A DNA stretch of 64,000 nucleotides from Octopus sinensis (lineage: Eukaryota), in contig NC_042998.1 in the NCBI RefSeq assembly GCF_006345805.1, positions 101,494,001 through 101,558,000 on the forward strand, read 5' to 3'. Position 1 is the first letter of the stretch, and each line of letters begins with the position of its first letter. The position numbers were made by a program, and so were the translations under genes. Below are positions 25,560 to 39,676 of the stretch, piece by piece. The notes under the pieces are model-generated. The model did no database searches. It had not been told where the DNA came from and saw only the letters and a program-made list of their open reading frames with translations.

Positions 25560-26150
25560 GGCTTGATCTTGGGCTGCTATTATTAGGCTCTCTGTTTTTT
25601 TATTAATTGCCGTTTTTTAAAACAAGCCCAGGATCTTGTTCCACATACTTCTTCAGCTTTCTTTTCGATGTGTCTGACGTGTTGACTTCGTATTACATTC
25701 GTGTCCATACCCCCTAATACGCGCTTCATCACCTGTTTTATTAACTATCTTTACTAGTTTTCCTGTGTAAATACTCTACTAAACCTGTTCTTTTCATCTG
25801 TACACATTCTTCTACTACTATTAAGCCTCTTCTACACTGGTCCCTCCTCATGTACAGCCGGTTGATATCAGCTTTTGGATGGTGGGCTCCATGAATCGCC
25901 AACAACATTCTAGTTTTTCTGTCGAGTTACTTTACATTGTTTTTGATGCAGTCTATAATTCCAATTCCATATCTGATAAACGGTACTGCTCTTGAATTTT
26001 TTGCTTCAATGAGATTTTTTGAATTTAGCTTTGACTGCAGTATTTTTCTTACTCTCCTTGTGTAATTTGTTTCATTTCTTCATTTATTAATCTTGTCTGC
26101 TTCCAGTATTCCCAAGTACGTACACTATTCTCCTTTCTCTCCCGGGCTCA
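25560..26150 (-). mobile_element. Degenerate R4/Dong-like RT C-terminal fragment
   Basis: Minus strand YLGILEADKI...LNSKNLIEAKNSRAVPFIRYGIGIID...LDRKTRMLLAIHGAHHPKADINRLYMRR...RRGL. Confidence 0.75.
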
Positions 26151-26167
26151 TTGTTTACCCATTTCAC

Positions 26168-26320
26168 ATTATTACTATTACTATCATCACCATCATCATC
26201 ATCATCATCATCATTATTATTATTAGTAGTAGTAGTAGTAGCAGTAGTAGTAGTATTAGTATTAGTAGTAGTGGTGGTGGTGGCGGTGGTAGTAGTAGTA
26301 GTAGTAGAGATAGTAGTAGT
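26168..26320. repeat. Compound trinucleotide tract (ATC/ATT/AGT/GGT)
   Basis: Direct reading. Confidence 0.9.
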
Positions 26321-26920
26321 AACAGACTAAAAATAGTAATAGCAAACGTAGATATATTTATTTTGATTTGAAAAGTATAACAAATAATTATAAAACATAT
26401 TGCTAAAATTAATAAATGAAGGCAAACTAAAACTCGAAAATAAAAGTGCATTTAGAGTGTAAATGATCTGCTTCGACAAGTTTATAGCAAATTGTCGTTT
26501 TATCGCTTCTTACGTATTGAATTATATCTTGAATTATACTCGAATCTCCAGTCAGATCTTTGAAAAATTGTTTTGAAATCTTTTTACATTCATCTCTACA
26601 ATCCCTCCCCACTTTTCTTTCCTTCCCAAGCATCATTCAGTCTCTCTTACTTAAAAATATAAATACGTAAAGTATTTTCTCTGAAAAGCCTTCCTTTCAT
26701 GATTATATTTTCTCCTGAGAAAGCATCCAGAATCCGTTCGCATTTCTTCAGCTCAATTTCTTTTGCTCGATTTCTTCTAAATTGTATTTCAAAGATATCT
26801 AGATCTCTTGCTAATCGCTGAAGTCTGTTAGTCAATCCTTCCTGTTATCTCAATAAATTCTCCAATGATGAGTATCCTTTAAGTATATTTCTAACTCTTT
26901 CAATATTTATTTTATTTTTA

Positions 26921-27222
<302 letters not shown>

Positions 27223-28944
27223 TAAAATAGTTTGTTGACTGTGCATGGGTTCCTTTTACGTTTTGAGTTCATGGCTGACATTAACTTTCTATTTCATTCC
27301 TCTGGGATTTATAAATGACATAGCAGTCAAATATATATGCTAATATAATACACTATAATATATAGAGGCCTAAGAATGTGTTGTATTTGTTCCAATGTTA
27401 CGAAGCTTATTTTTTGCTTTGTTGTGTATCTGCTGGTAGGTACTAATTGGGCAGATGTTTGTTCCCATCCAATCTTTGATTTTGAACTACATTATCCAAT
27501 GAGACCTGCCAATTGCATTTTCAAGACAGCAGAATACAGGTTGAGTGAGATTTGTGTATTATTTCTAGCAGGTTGACCGACCTTATAGAGGTTTCCTCCT
27601 AATTATAGTTTCTGAGCAGCAAAGACTTCAGGTAGGCAGTACTCTTGCTCATCGGCTCCACAACACATCTATTGTAAGTTGAAGAAAATTTATTTTATAT
27701 GTGCCATCTACATTGGTGCATACTTGAGGCATGCTGTCTAAAAATCCAATATTCTGTCTCGTAATTTATAGGATACCTGGCTGAAAAATAAATATCACTA
27801 ATTAAATTCGAATACTATAAACCTCTCAGTGGGTTATATTTCGTTTCATTTTCTATATTTTACGAGATGACTGTAGTTAATTAAAATGAATTATCGTCGA
27901 GTTAAACCTTTGCTGATTCGAGTGTGCAACCATGTCAATTCCAGTTGGTGTTATTTCACTTTATTGAAGTCTCTCTAATACCCTTTAGAAAACCATAACT
28001 GTCGCACACACGTTTCCCGTTTTCTTTTAAACGCAATTTACGGTGTCTCGTCAAGAAATCAATAGAAGTAGCTACAATTGAACGCAATCATCTGATAGCG
28101 TACACTGACCCATATCTCATCGGAGTTGAGACCCTGTTTCCTTACTGTTCTAAATTAGATCGTATCCTTTCAAAAATGCCTCACTATTATTTTCTTAAGG
28201 AAAGTAATTTTAATAAATGGAGTTGGAAATGTCGTTTACAATCTTCCTAATTTTAACCAATTCTTTATAACATTCTCCATGATATTCATCAGTTAATTTT
28301 CCAAGACAACATCTCCATGCATATGTCCAGTATTTCTTTTACTTTGATGTTAATACTAATTTTATGTCCTGTTCTTCTGTCTAGCTTTCACTTTAGCTAT
28401 ACATTCTACTACTTTATATTTCATTTTGATTTTTCTTTCATTCTTTCTTCTTGGCTATCTTCAAGACATTTCTGTTATTTTATCTATTTTTTCCCTGACT
28501 TGTTCAGTGAATTATGCAATCATTCACTCACCTCTCCTCCAAACAATCGTTTCTCACCTAGCCGATCATTCCCTCATCATTCTCGCTCCAGTCAACGCAC
28601 TCTTATTTCTCACTGACTTTCGCAATCATTTCCCCGCTCATCATTCAGTTATTCATTATACAAACGACTATGATTCATTGTTATACAGAACACGATAAAG
28701 AAAAAAAAATTGTATTTTCTTCGTGATCGATGATAGTCATTATAGAAGACTAGAATGTCGATCAAAGTCAATCAATTCAAGTAAAGTGAACGGATTTCCT
28801 TTGCGAAATGAAGCTAAAACGGGAACATATAAAATATAATCAATGTGTCATGGTATTTTAAAATCAGCTTTTTCTATTAGATAAGTGCATCTTGTTACAA
28901 TATAAGTGTGAAATTTCAAATGTCTCAATCATAAGATCAACTAG

Positions 28945-29012
<68 letters not shown>

Positions 29013-29045
29013 TTAGCGCTCTGAGTATCGTATCGTATCTATCTA

Positions 29046-29118
<73 letters not shown>

Positions 29119-29519
29119 GTCTATCTATCTATCTATCTTTCTATCTATCTTTTGTCTGTCTAACAAATTGCTATGAAATATTAAAAGAATACACGAACAT
29201 ATGCATGTAGCTTTTTTATAAGCTGTTGTTGGTCGTTAATTTTGTTGTTGCTTATGTCAGATCCATTCTGATCGATCCAACATACGATCATGTTTAAGCC
29301 ATGACTGTCATATAATGTTTTTATATAATGTCTTATTCACTTACATAAGACACTATGGTTTGAATAAAAAAAATGAAAGTGATTCTTATGCATAGCACAT
29401 CTGCGACGTACGTACATACTCTTTACACAAGTAAACACACACACATACACATACACGAACGCGTGCGCACGCACACACGCGTGCGCGCACACATATACGC
29501 ATGCGCGTATATAAGATGG

Positions 29520-29744
29520 AATAAAGATCCTTCTAGAGTCAATTAAACTCGTAGGGCTGATTTCCTGGTTTCCGTAGCACATATATTTCCCCCTAACGAG
29601 ACGCCGATCCGTTGCAGGATTACTCATTTTTGCAAGCAGAGTATTTTGCTCAAGAAGACAACGCACCTCCCGGCCCATGAATCGAAACCACAGTCTTGCG
29701 ATCATGAGTCCAATGCCAGTATCCACTAAGCCACACGCCTCCAC
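29520..29744 (-). mobile_element. CORE-type SINE, family B
   Basis: Minus-strand head GTGGAGGCGTGTGGCTTAGTGG..GGTTTCGATTC and core GTCTTCTTGAGCAAAATAC. Confidence 0.7.
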
Positions 29745-29749
29745 ACATA

Positions 29750-29787
<38 letters not shown>

Positions 29788-30735
29788 CACACACACACAC
29801 ACACACACACGCGCGCAAACACATAATCATCATCATCATCATCTGGGTTATAAACATTACATTGTGCTGAACACGAAGCTCCTCTATGGCTATCAGGTAG
29901 CATATGTTATCATACAGAAGGACTTCTCCTTTTACTTAACTTAAGTTAACTTACTCGATACACCTGTGGAAATCTGTTATTGTCCGTAAACTTTATACGA
30001 AGAATTTTAATCCAGGAAGATGGACTGAACAGACTTTAGAACGCTAATAGATACAAGAGATGAGTAATTCTTCCAGTCTGTATATTTATCACGTTATGAT
30101 ATGGTGTTCATCTATCGTCATAAGAGCTGAGACATGTCTGTGCTTAGAAGTACAATGAATAAAGGGTTTGTTTGATATTTATTATTATTTTTATTGCTAT
30201 TAATATTTTTATTATGCCTGTGTGTTTTCGTATTGCTCTTTACCAATGGAATGCCAAATATTGCATAACGGTATAAAACAAAAGGAAACGAAAGATTATC
30301 CAGCAGTGCTATCAATCCTACACACCCGAGGGCGTGCAAGTATACAGCTATTGTTGGATCGTATTAATGCTATAGTGTTCATAGTATGAGTAATATGCAG
30401 CAATTGCCAGCTGATATTGAATAATACCAGTTCATTCTTGGAATAAAGCCAGTTCATTCCATTTTTTTGCATCGAATTTCCCAGGCTAAACAGTACATCT
30501 TAAGGGATATTTGTATGCATGCCCTTCGTTTGTGTATACACACACAAACACATACACATACACACATACAAACACATATACTTATAGATATATGTATATT
30601 ATATATATATATTTATTTATAATAATATTGGCTAAACTGGCAACATGGCCATCCCCAAATACAACGATATCTGTTTCAACACACGAATTCACATCAAGAA
30701 TCAGGCAAAACTAATATATAAACGTAATATATGTA

Positions 30736-30771
<36 letters not shown>

Positions 30772-31051
30772 GTGTGCACGTATGCGTAAGTAGTGAGTGT
30801 ATGTATGTGTATGTGTGTGTTTGTGTGTGGATACACATATGACATGCATGCATACAAATTCCCCTCATGATGTACTGGTTAGCTTGGGTGACTGGTAGAA
30901 GCCACGTGTCCAAAGTTCTGCACTGTGGGACTGAGCCAAAATCCACACACATATACACAAGCAACAAGCGCGCGAGCGCACTCACATATACACATAGACA
31001 TGTTCACTCATCTATAAAGAAATAAGAAACATACATAAAACATTCAAAGCT

Positions 31052-31108
<57 letters not shown>

Positions 31109-31748
31109 ATATATAATATATATATATATGTGTGTGAGTGTGTGTATGTGTGTGTGTGTGCGTGCGTATCCGTGTGTGTGTATGCGTTGTGTATGGAGAC
31201 AGAGACAGTTGTAGATGTTTGGGATGAATTTGCGAAACGTCAGCGGGAAACGGAAATTGCATTGCGCGCATGCACACACTCAAACGCACACACACATACA
31301 CACACAGAGATGTACACACGCACACACGCACTTCACACGCACACACGCAAATATACATACATACACACTTATTAGGTACAGGTATACACGCACATACACA
31401 GAAGCTCTTGATTTCTGTAGGCGTCTCTAGCGTTCACAATTATGGTCCCATAACTGTTCAGACCTTATTAACTACATACATTGCTAGAAGTAGTCATTAA
31501 GATTCGGCAAACTCTAAGCATTCACTAATTGGAACACCTTCGAAAATTACGGTTCATCTCTTTAGTGTGCTAGAAACAGCGCCATAATTCATTTCGATTA
31601 GAAAAGGAGTAATGAATAATTAATAACACGAATAATGAATAACACGTCCTTTCTCGAACTTTCATATCAGCATGATATCACTTAACAGGTTAATAATTCT
31701 ACAAGATTGCACTAGCCGAATAACATGTGTCAATCAGTATTGTCATCA

Positions 31749-32063
31749 AAAATACTAGGTCGTATGAATATGTATTCGTATATAAAATGCTCGGTCGATA
31801 TCAATAGGTATTTCTATATAAAATGCTAGGTGTGTATCAATATGTATTTCTATGAAGAATTCTAGATCGCTATCAGTATGCGTTTGTATCTAAAATATTA
31901 TGTTGGTATTAATATGTATTTGTGTGTAACATTTTTAATGGGTATCATTATGTACTTCTGTCTAAAATATTAGGTTAGTTTCAATATATATTTCTATGTA
32001 ACATACTACGTCGATATCTAAGATCTCAGGTACATATGAATATGCATTTCTATCTAAAATACT
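31749..32063. repeat. Degenerate 36-bp minisatellite, about 9 units
   Basis: Unit approximately AAAATGCTAGGTCGATATCAATATGTATTTCTATAT, repeated head-to-tail. Confidence 0.85.
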
Positions 32064-32331
32064 ATCTTTATATTTTGTCTTTTAATTGTTTCAGTCATTC
32101 GACTGCAGCCACGCTGGAGGAGCCACCCTGAAGAAATTTTAGTGGAATGAATCGACTCAGGGTACTTTTCTCTTTTAAAACCCGATACTTCATCTATCTG
32201 TCCCTTAGGCCGAACCGCTAAGTATTTATAATATTTCTAGCTAGGTAATCTACCGTGTAATACTACCTCAGTTGATAATTGATATTTATATAATTGATCT
32301 TGGGTTGAAGAACCTACATACCTATATATCT

Positions 32332-32435
<104 letters not shown>

Positions 32436-32446
32436 GTGTGTGTGTG

Positions 32447-32730
32447 TGGAGGCACAATGGCCCAGTGGTTTGGGCAGCGAACTCGCGGTCGTAGGATTGC
32501 GGTTTCGATTCCCAGACTGGGCGTTGTGAGTGTTTATTGAGCAAAAACGCCTAAAGCTCCACGAGGCTCCAGCAGGGGATGGTGGCGATCGCTGCTGTAC
32601 ACTTTCGCCACAACTTTCTCTCACTCTTTCTTCTGTTGGCCTGCTCGCTTAGCCAGCGGGGTGGCGTCATTTAAAAGCTAAAACAATGCGAAGCAATGTG
32701 TAGCAACATCTGATAGCCTGGTCGGTCACG

Positions 32731-32734
<4 letters not shown>
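32447..32734 (+). mobile_element. tRNA-derived SINE, family B variant
   Basis: TGGAGGCACAATGGCCCAGTGGTT...GGTTTCGATTCCC...TTGAGCAAAAAC with a distinct 3' tail; lies between (TG)n and (TA)n. Confidence 0.75.
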
Positions 32735-32767
<33 letters not shown>

Positions 32768-32974
32768 GTTTACACTAAATTTGATTTATTATGATTTTAT
32801 TATTTATTGTGGAATAAATCTATAGAGTTTTAGAGGCAACATTGTATCGACATGAAAACAATTAGTCATGGACAGTAAATTAGGGATAAACTGTAAAGGT
32901 TATAACGTTGATATTAGATTTTCTTCAACGATATGCTTTAACTATTAGCAAAGATCGCAGTTATCAGATAAGAA

Positions 32975-33290
32975 GTAAATGATGAAGTTGACGGAGTGTT
33001 TCAGTGTTGTAGAGGTCTGTGCACCACATCACCACGCCTCCACCCTTGTTAGCCGCTTTTATGAACGATGTCTTTGCGGTGTCGGAGACATCGAAGGGCC
33101 GAGAGTTCGGCCGGGGAGATGTTAAAATGCCGGGGACGCTTGCGAAAGTTAAACCGGTCCAATACACGTTGGCAGATGCTTGCAATATGATCAGGAGCTG
33201 GCGTCCAGTGAGATGGTCGACGACTTTGGTCGGTGAAACAGTCCTTTTCATTAGATGCAGGTGGATTGTTGCGGAATAGTGTATATAGCC
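32975..33290 (-). mobile_element. Penelope-like element fragment (region N-terminal to RT)
   Basis: HFNISPAELSALRCLRHRKDIV / IKAANKGGGVVMWCTDLYNTETLRQL, matching the PLE IKPADKG motif. Confidence 0.8.
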
Positions 33291-33592
33291 TGACGAGGTG
33301 CACAAAGCTATGAATATCAACACGGGTCTAAGTCTAAATGACAAATAATAATGTCTATGCCTTCCTTGTATCTTTCCCACTCAGATGGAGTAATTGTTTT
33401 GGAAAAGGCTTCTTATCAAATTCTTATCGTTATATTTTTTCTCAACATGTTACGCCTAAAGGGTAAGCGAACCTTGCTCCTCTAGTCAAGTTTTATTTAT
33501 TTATTTTTTCATTTCATTCAATAGAATTTAATTTTAATTATAAGTACACCTGTAGCGGTAAAATATATAGTTGCACAGTAAGCGTGTGTCCC

Positions 33593-33635
<43 letters not shown>

Positions 33636-34810
33636 CTAATATTTACTTGGTACACAACAGTAATAATTAACTGACTGTCGATTGATATTTTTAACTATTA
33701 CTGTGTAAGATCAGTCTCAAAATAGTTCAACAGATAATTTTGAACCTTTAGAGAAAATTAACCCAAAACAATATAGAGTTTAATACAAGAATAGTACCAT
33801 AAATTTAAAAGGAAAAGAATAAAAATAAATCGAATGACATGCAGTAGGAATCTTTTGGTTTATTGAACAAGAGAAAATAAGTACGTGCGTGTTTGTGACA
33901 AATGTTTATCGTGTAAAGCTCAGGAACGATAGAAGCATTAAAATAGAATAGAGTTAAATTTCATGTGAAAATAAAACCGAACTACATTAGAAATAGCAAG
34001 AAATTACTGTGTGTGTTTCTTTACAGATATATGTGAGCGTTTAAGGACGTATTTGTATATAGATATAACCTTCAGTTCTAAATTTGCTTTATATGTAGCA
34101 AAACTACACGTTATTCCTACTGACTCGTATTTGTGACTGTAAAGTGGAGTCAAGTCATCTAATCTAGGGTTAATTTAATTAGGTTTCAATATTTATTACG
34201 AAATTTCAGTTATAATATATAAGTATAGACACCGAATGAAAGTCTATGAAATAAGTACCAATTGAAAAATGGCGCCAATTTAATAGACTAACCCTTCCCA
34301 CAAAATTAAAAATATAATCGATGTTCTTAATACATAAACAATATGATAAAGAAATCTATTTGTACCAAGGCTAAAACTGAGAAGACAACAGACTGAGTCC
34401 ACTTCCTCAGAAATATATAGTAACTATCTGCTTACATGGGCAAATTGAAATACCGTTGGGTTTGTGAGAGATGCATTAATTAAGAGGAGGATTTCCACCA
34501 AAGTCGTATAAAAAGGGTCTGAATCAAAAGAAAAGGACGCATAAATAATCAAATTCTTTGAAGAGCGTCAAAAACAAAAATTTGTCTGATTAATAGGATA
34601 CTAATAGACCTATATGAAAGGAAGACAGACACGGACAGCATGATCCCAGTATTAAGTTATGATAATGTCAATGTCTGAAGCAACAAAAGCAAACTTGAAA
34701 AAAAGAAAAAAAGTACAAGTGCATTAACAACATTGTTAACAATGTGGTTCTGAAGATAGGATAGCAGTTGTCTGTACAAAATAGACATGTACATCAACAG
34801 AGGAATATTA

Positions 34811-35356
34811 TTTTCTACTCTAGATACAAGGCTCGAAACTTTGTGAGAGGGGACCAGTCAATTAGATCGATTCCAGTACATAACTTGTACTTAATTTATC
34901 GATCCCGAAAGTATTGAAGGCAAAGTCGACCTCAGCGGAATTTGAACTCAGAACGTAAAGACAGACGAAATACCTATTTCTTTACTACCCACAAGGGGCT
35001 AAACATAAAGGGGACAAACAAGGACAGACAAACAGATTAAGTCGATTATATCGACTCCAGTGCGTAACTGATACTTATTTAATCGACCCCAAACGGATGA
35101 AAGGCAAAGTCGATCTCGGCGGAATTATAACTCAGAACGTAGCGGCAGACGAAATACCTATTTCTTCACTGCCCACAAGTGTAGGGGACCAGTCGATTAG
35201 ATCGACCCCAGTACGTAACTCATACTTCATTTCTCGCCCCCGAAAGAATGAAAGGCAAAGTTGACCTCGGCGGAATTTGAACTCAAAACGTAACGACAGA
35301 CGAAATTCGGCTACGCATTTCGCCCGGCGTGCTAGCGTTTCAGCCAGCTCGCCACC
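34811..35356 (-). mobile_element. SINE family A multimer (one head, three cores)
   Basis: Three repeats of the B-box+core segment; degenerate 21-bp flanking duplication at 34790-34810 / 35357-35377. Confidence 0.85.
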
Positions 35357-37509
35357 TACATCAACGCGAGAATATTACAAAAGAAAGAGCCGCCATATCA
35401 ACCCTGAAATGCAAAACATAGTTTATACATGTAAATATTAGGGGTCGATTACGACTGTGTAAGATGTGCAAAATACTTATAGTACCGAGAAAAATATATC
35501 TAAGAACAATAACATTAGCTAAACAAATCTCCCTATCGCAATAAGTTCTGTTTTGTACTGACAAGTTAGAAAGAAGATTGGGAGTAGTTGTGAAGTGCAT
35601 TTATGGGGGATAAATAATATTAGTGCAGCCGAGTCACCTAGATCATGCTTGGGTTACGTTAATCGTATATACAAGGCACTTTGGCATATGAAACATTGGG
35701 CTCCAGATGCATCCAATCATGGCATACAATTGCGTGGAAAGATAAAAGGACTATAAAATTAATTTGGACGAGAATACTAATGTGCATCCGTTCAATAACT
35801 TCTCGCTTTCTAATATCAACTGTCCAGAGGTCCTCTTTCTCTTAGGGGAATATCTCTTTCGGTTCCCAATTAATTTCGTTCAGCCTGTTTATGCTGCTCA
35901 ATCCATCAAGGCTGCTTCTATCCGATCGTTCAAGTTGTTGGAAATAGCAGCTAAACCTCCTTCAAACGATAATTCACTGTCTAAATCTACACTGACACAT
36001 TGCTTTATCTCGTCCCACAATCCAGTAAAGCAAAACGGATTATCACGAAGTGAAATTACTTTGATAGTAATTAACATTAGACAAAATACATACAACGCTT
36101 TATTGACAACTATTGTCCTTAAAGTTTACTTCAAGTAAATAATGTTTTGCCTTTTCGTATGAATATTTGTATAATTGTATAATTTCTTTAAAGTCTCAAC
36201 TAAAAATTTCCGTTCCCGAAGCAACAGCTCGTGATATATGTGTAGAGATATCATATTTAACAAATAAATACTAAATGTACAATTTATATATATATAATTG
36301 AACCGTGCAAAACACTTAAAGCAAGAGATACGGAAGTCAATTATATGCTAACATCATGAACATTTTCCCAGGTGGTAGCAAGGCATTTTAAAATCTTCTA
36401 AGTCTGAGAAGCGATGATTATTATGAGGGAAAAAAATAAAGATTTACTAAGTATCTTCAGATAGAAAAATAACCCAAATATCATCAAGTAAAACTCTGGA
36501 AGAAAACTAAAATAAATTAAAATGTATAAAGAATAAATGAAGTGCCACAGAAAACAAAATTAATGAGAACAATTAACGTTCATTTTTAACTTGAAATCAC
36601 GAGAAATGTTTTTTTAATTGCTAACGTATATATATTTAAGCTAGAGGCGAACTGGCAAGAACTCATTTCTATTTATTCACTTCAAAAACATCCGAGCTGT
36701 ACGTTTTTATGTCAAGTGGAGAAATTTGCACTATAATTTCTATTGCTGATTTGTATTCAGTGCTTTTAGAAAGCGGATCAGTTATACCTATGAAGCCACA
36801 AATTAGTTTGCAGTTCTGGGAGGAGATAAATCTATAATAGAAATATTTTGTTTTCTTATTCTCTATACTAAGCGAATCAGACATCAAACACGTGTTGGAA
36901 TATGAATATTAATTTATAGACCCAGCAACAAATAAAAAAGAAACAACAAAACAATTACTGAGTTGTTAACATATTTAATGTGTTAACGTATTTAATGCAC
37001 GAAGATAAATAGAAATACTTACCCGATAGATCAAGGCAAACTTAATTATTATTTTTCGTGCGGATTGTGTTTCAATTACTTTCATTGTAAATGATTCTGT
37101 TTATGTGAGTTAATATGTGATAACTAAAGTGTAATCTTGTACATTTGTAGAGTGAATTTGAATCTCACTATTCTGGAAATTCAATGTAATATATGAGTCA
37201 TTAATGAGGTTATAGTAAGAGCGAAACATTCCTTGAGTTGTTCCCTGTATACATGTGTGTGTGTGTGTGTTTGTGTACAGTACGAGCATCTGCAAACATT
37301 TGTCTTCGTCGGATTCTAATTCTGAACATGCTGGTTCAACCCTGCACTGTGGCAGGAGAATTTCCACCACAATGTTAACTTGGGTGGGGATAGAACAGGG
37401 AAATATTTAGTTGTAAGGCAAAGTACTAATCAATACAGCCAAAACTGCCTCCATGTCAAGTAAAATGTAAAGCTTGAAAGAGAATTACCTTTTACCACAC
37501 TTTATCAAG

Positions 37510-37765
37510 TGGAGGCGCGTGGCTTAGTGGTTAGGGTGTCAGCAACACGATGGTAAGATAGTGGTTTCGATTCCGTGACCGGGCGACGCGTTGTGTTCTT
37601 GAGCAAAACACTTCATTTCACGTTGCTCCAGTCCACTCAGCTGGCAAAAATGAGTAATGCTGCGATGAACTGGTGTCCCATCCAGCTGGGGAATACATAC
37701 ACCATTGAAACCGGGAAACTGGGCCCATGAGCCTGGTTAGTCTTTAAAAGGGCGCATTTATTTAT
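37510..37765 (+). mobile_element. CORE-type SINE, family B
   Basis: A-box TGGCTTAGTGG, B-box GGTTTCGATTCC, CORE-like TGTGTTCTTGAGCAAAACACTT...CAGCTGGCAAAAATGAGT. Confidence 0.85.
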
Positions 37766-39623
37766 TCTTTATTTTACACATTATGAAAGACATATTGAAG
37801 GGGAAAATGATAGTTCACCTTTATAGATATATTTGAACATTGGATGAGGGCAGAACTTTTGAGATGCGGTTGTCAGAAATTTCCAAGATGGTCGACAGGC
37901 CTAATTTATTTCTAGCGTTGTATACAATTTAGTCTACAATTGAGATATTATTTTTTATCTGCATGTTTTGGGCTTTTTTTTATTACCCTCCTGCTTGTAG
38001 CACAGCCATGATCAATGTTGCGAATTGATTAATGCTATTAATATTTATTTATTTAAGATTTTCATCTTTTTACTGATGCTACAGTTTATGCAGCTGCTGC
38101 TGATCATGATTGTGATGATGAAGACGATGATGATAATGATGATGATCATGATGATGATATTGATGATGATGATTTTGATGATGACGATATTGATGATGAT
38201 GATTTCTTAATAATTAATAATCACTACAAGTCCTATATTCAAAATGCTGATTAGAATAAATTGGGATTGGCTTCAGTTATCTGTCTTTGATATCGACCAG
38301 TTTCTGCATTTCTATGCGTCTGTATACCTGGCTATTCATTTCTTCTATTCTCACTTCTTCCCTTTCATCTTTACTATCTATCTTACCCTGCAGTTTTCCT
38401 TTCTCTCTCAAATCTTTTCACTGTCATTCTAATAAATAGAGAATTTGAGATAACCGTCCGTAGTTCGGTGTGCAAAAGAATTATTTGCACAGGCAGAAAA
38501 TTCCCAGCTGGAGATGTGATACAGTATGTCAGATCTGATCATTCTAAAATGCGATGCATTAGTATGTATTGAGAAGTAATATGTAAATTTCAAAAGAAGG
38601 CAATTTTGTATGCTTGGGAATTATTAGCCTGTGTAACTTATCAGAACTAACTCTGAAAAATTAATTACATTTTCTCAAATTCAGATTCAGGTCTTATCAA
38701 ATCGATGTACATTAAGCGTTTTGATTATAATCCTAATTTAATACTATTGGTAGATGGTAAAATCACTCTAAGATTGTTAACTTGTTCGTGGCTGCTGATA
38801 TTCGCGTATGAGTTAATAACAAAGCAATTATTCCCCGACAAGTGTAAATCTGTGAATAACATTGTTTAAATTCAATGTACTCTGTAAAGTTATAATTTTG
38901 GAATGACTAGAACTATTATTTAAGAATATAATCTAAAGAGAGGTTTCATAATTCAGACACATTTATATTCAACCTAGAGTGGTAAATAAAGAGAAATAGG
39001 AAACATGAATCTCGTGATTGGCTCAGTTTAAAGGAAACATATGAAACATTTCTTGAAAACTTATTGACACACGCACATGTATGTATGTATGTATGTATGT
39101 ATGTATGTATGTATGTATGTATGTATGTATGTATGTATGTATGTATGTATGTATGTATGTATGCATGCATGCATGTGTATGCACAAACATGCACACAGAT
39201 ACACTCACACACACATATCTATGTATACATATATTTCATTCGCATGGCTTTGATGAAGCTATAAGATGTCGCACCAGCACTTCTCTGTTGGTACACTGTT
39301 CTTTATAGAAAGAACTATTGAAAGCTAATGAAAGTGATTACATAAATACTGTTCTTTTCCAATTCATTTATTAACTGATATTACGTTCTGTACTGACCTG
39401 CTAAAATATATTTGTCCAGGCTTCTTTACTACCGAATCTTAATAATACTGTGATGTATAAGTATATTGAATTTTAACAACTGATGAGGGAAAATGCTGTG
39501 GTAAACGGAATCATGAAGCATATATATACACAATCACACACACACAGCAACTCACACACACATACATTATTCTTAATAGGATTATGTTGGGAAACGTATT
39601 CACTAAATACATTAGAGAGAGAG

Positions 39624-39676
<53 letters not shown>

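Noticed and set aside
26560-26900. Possible further R4-like fragment; similar faint LINE traces near 34400-34780 and 56870-57480
   Set aside because: Only scattered residues resemble the expected motifs; needs a profile search before calling.
35764-36138. 124-aa ORF as a host exon
   Set aside because: TTG start, no recognisable domain, and it overlaps the family D dispersed repeat.
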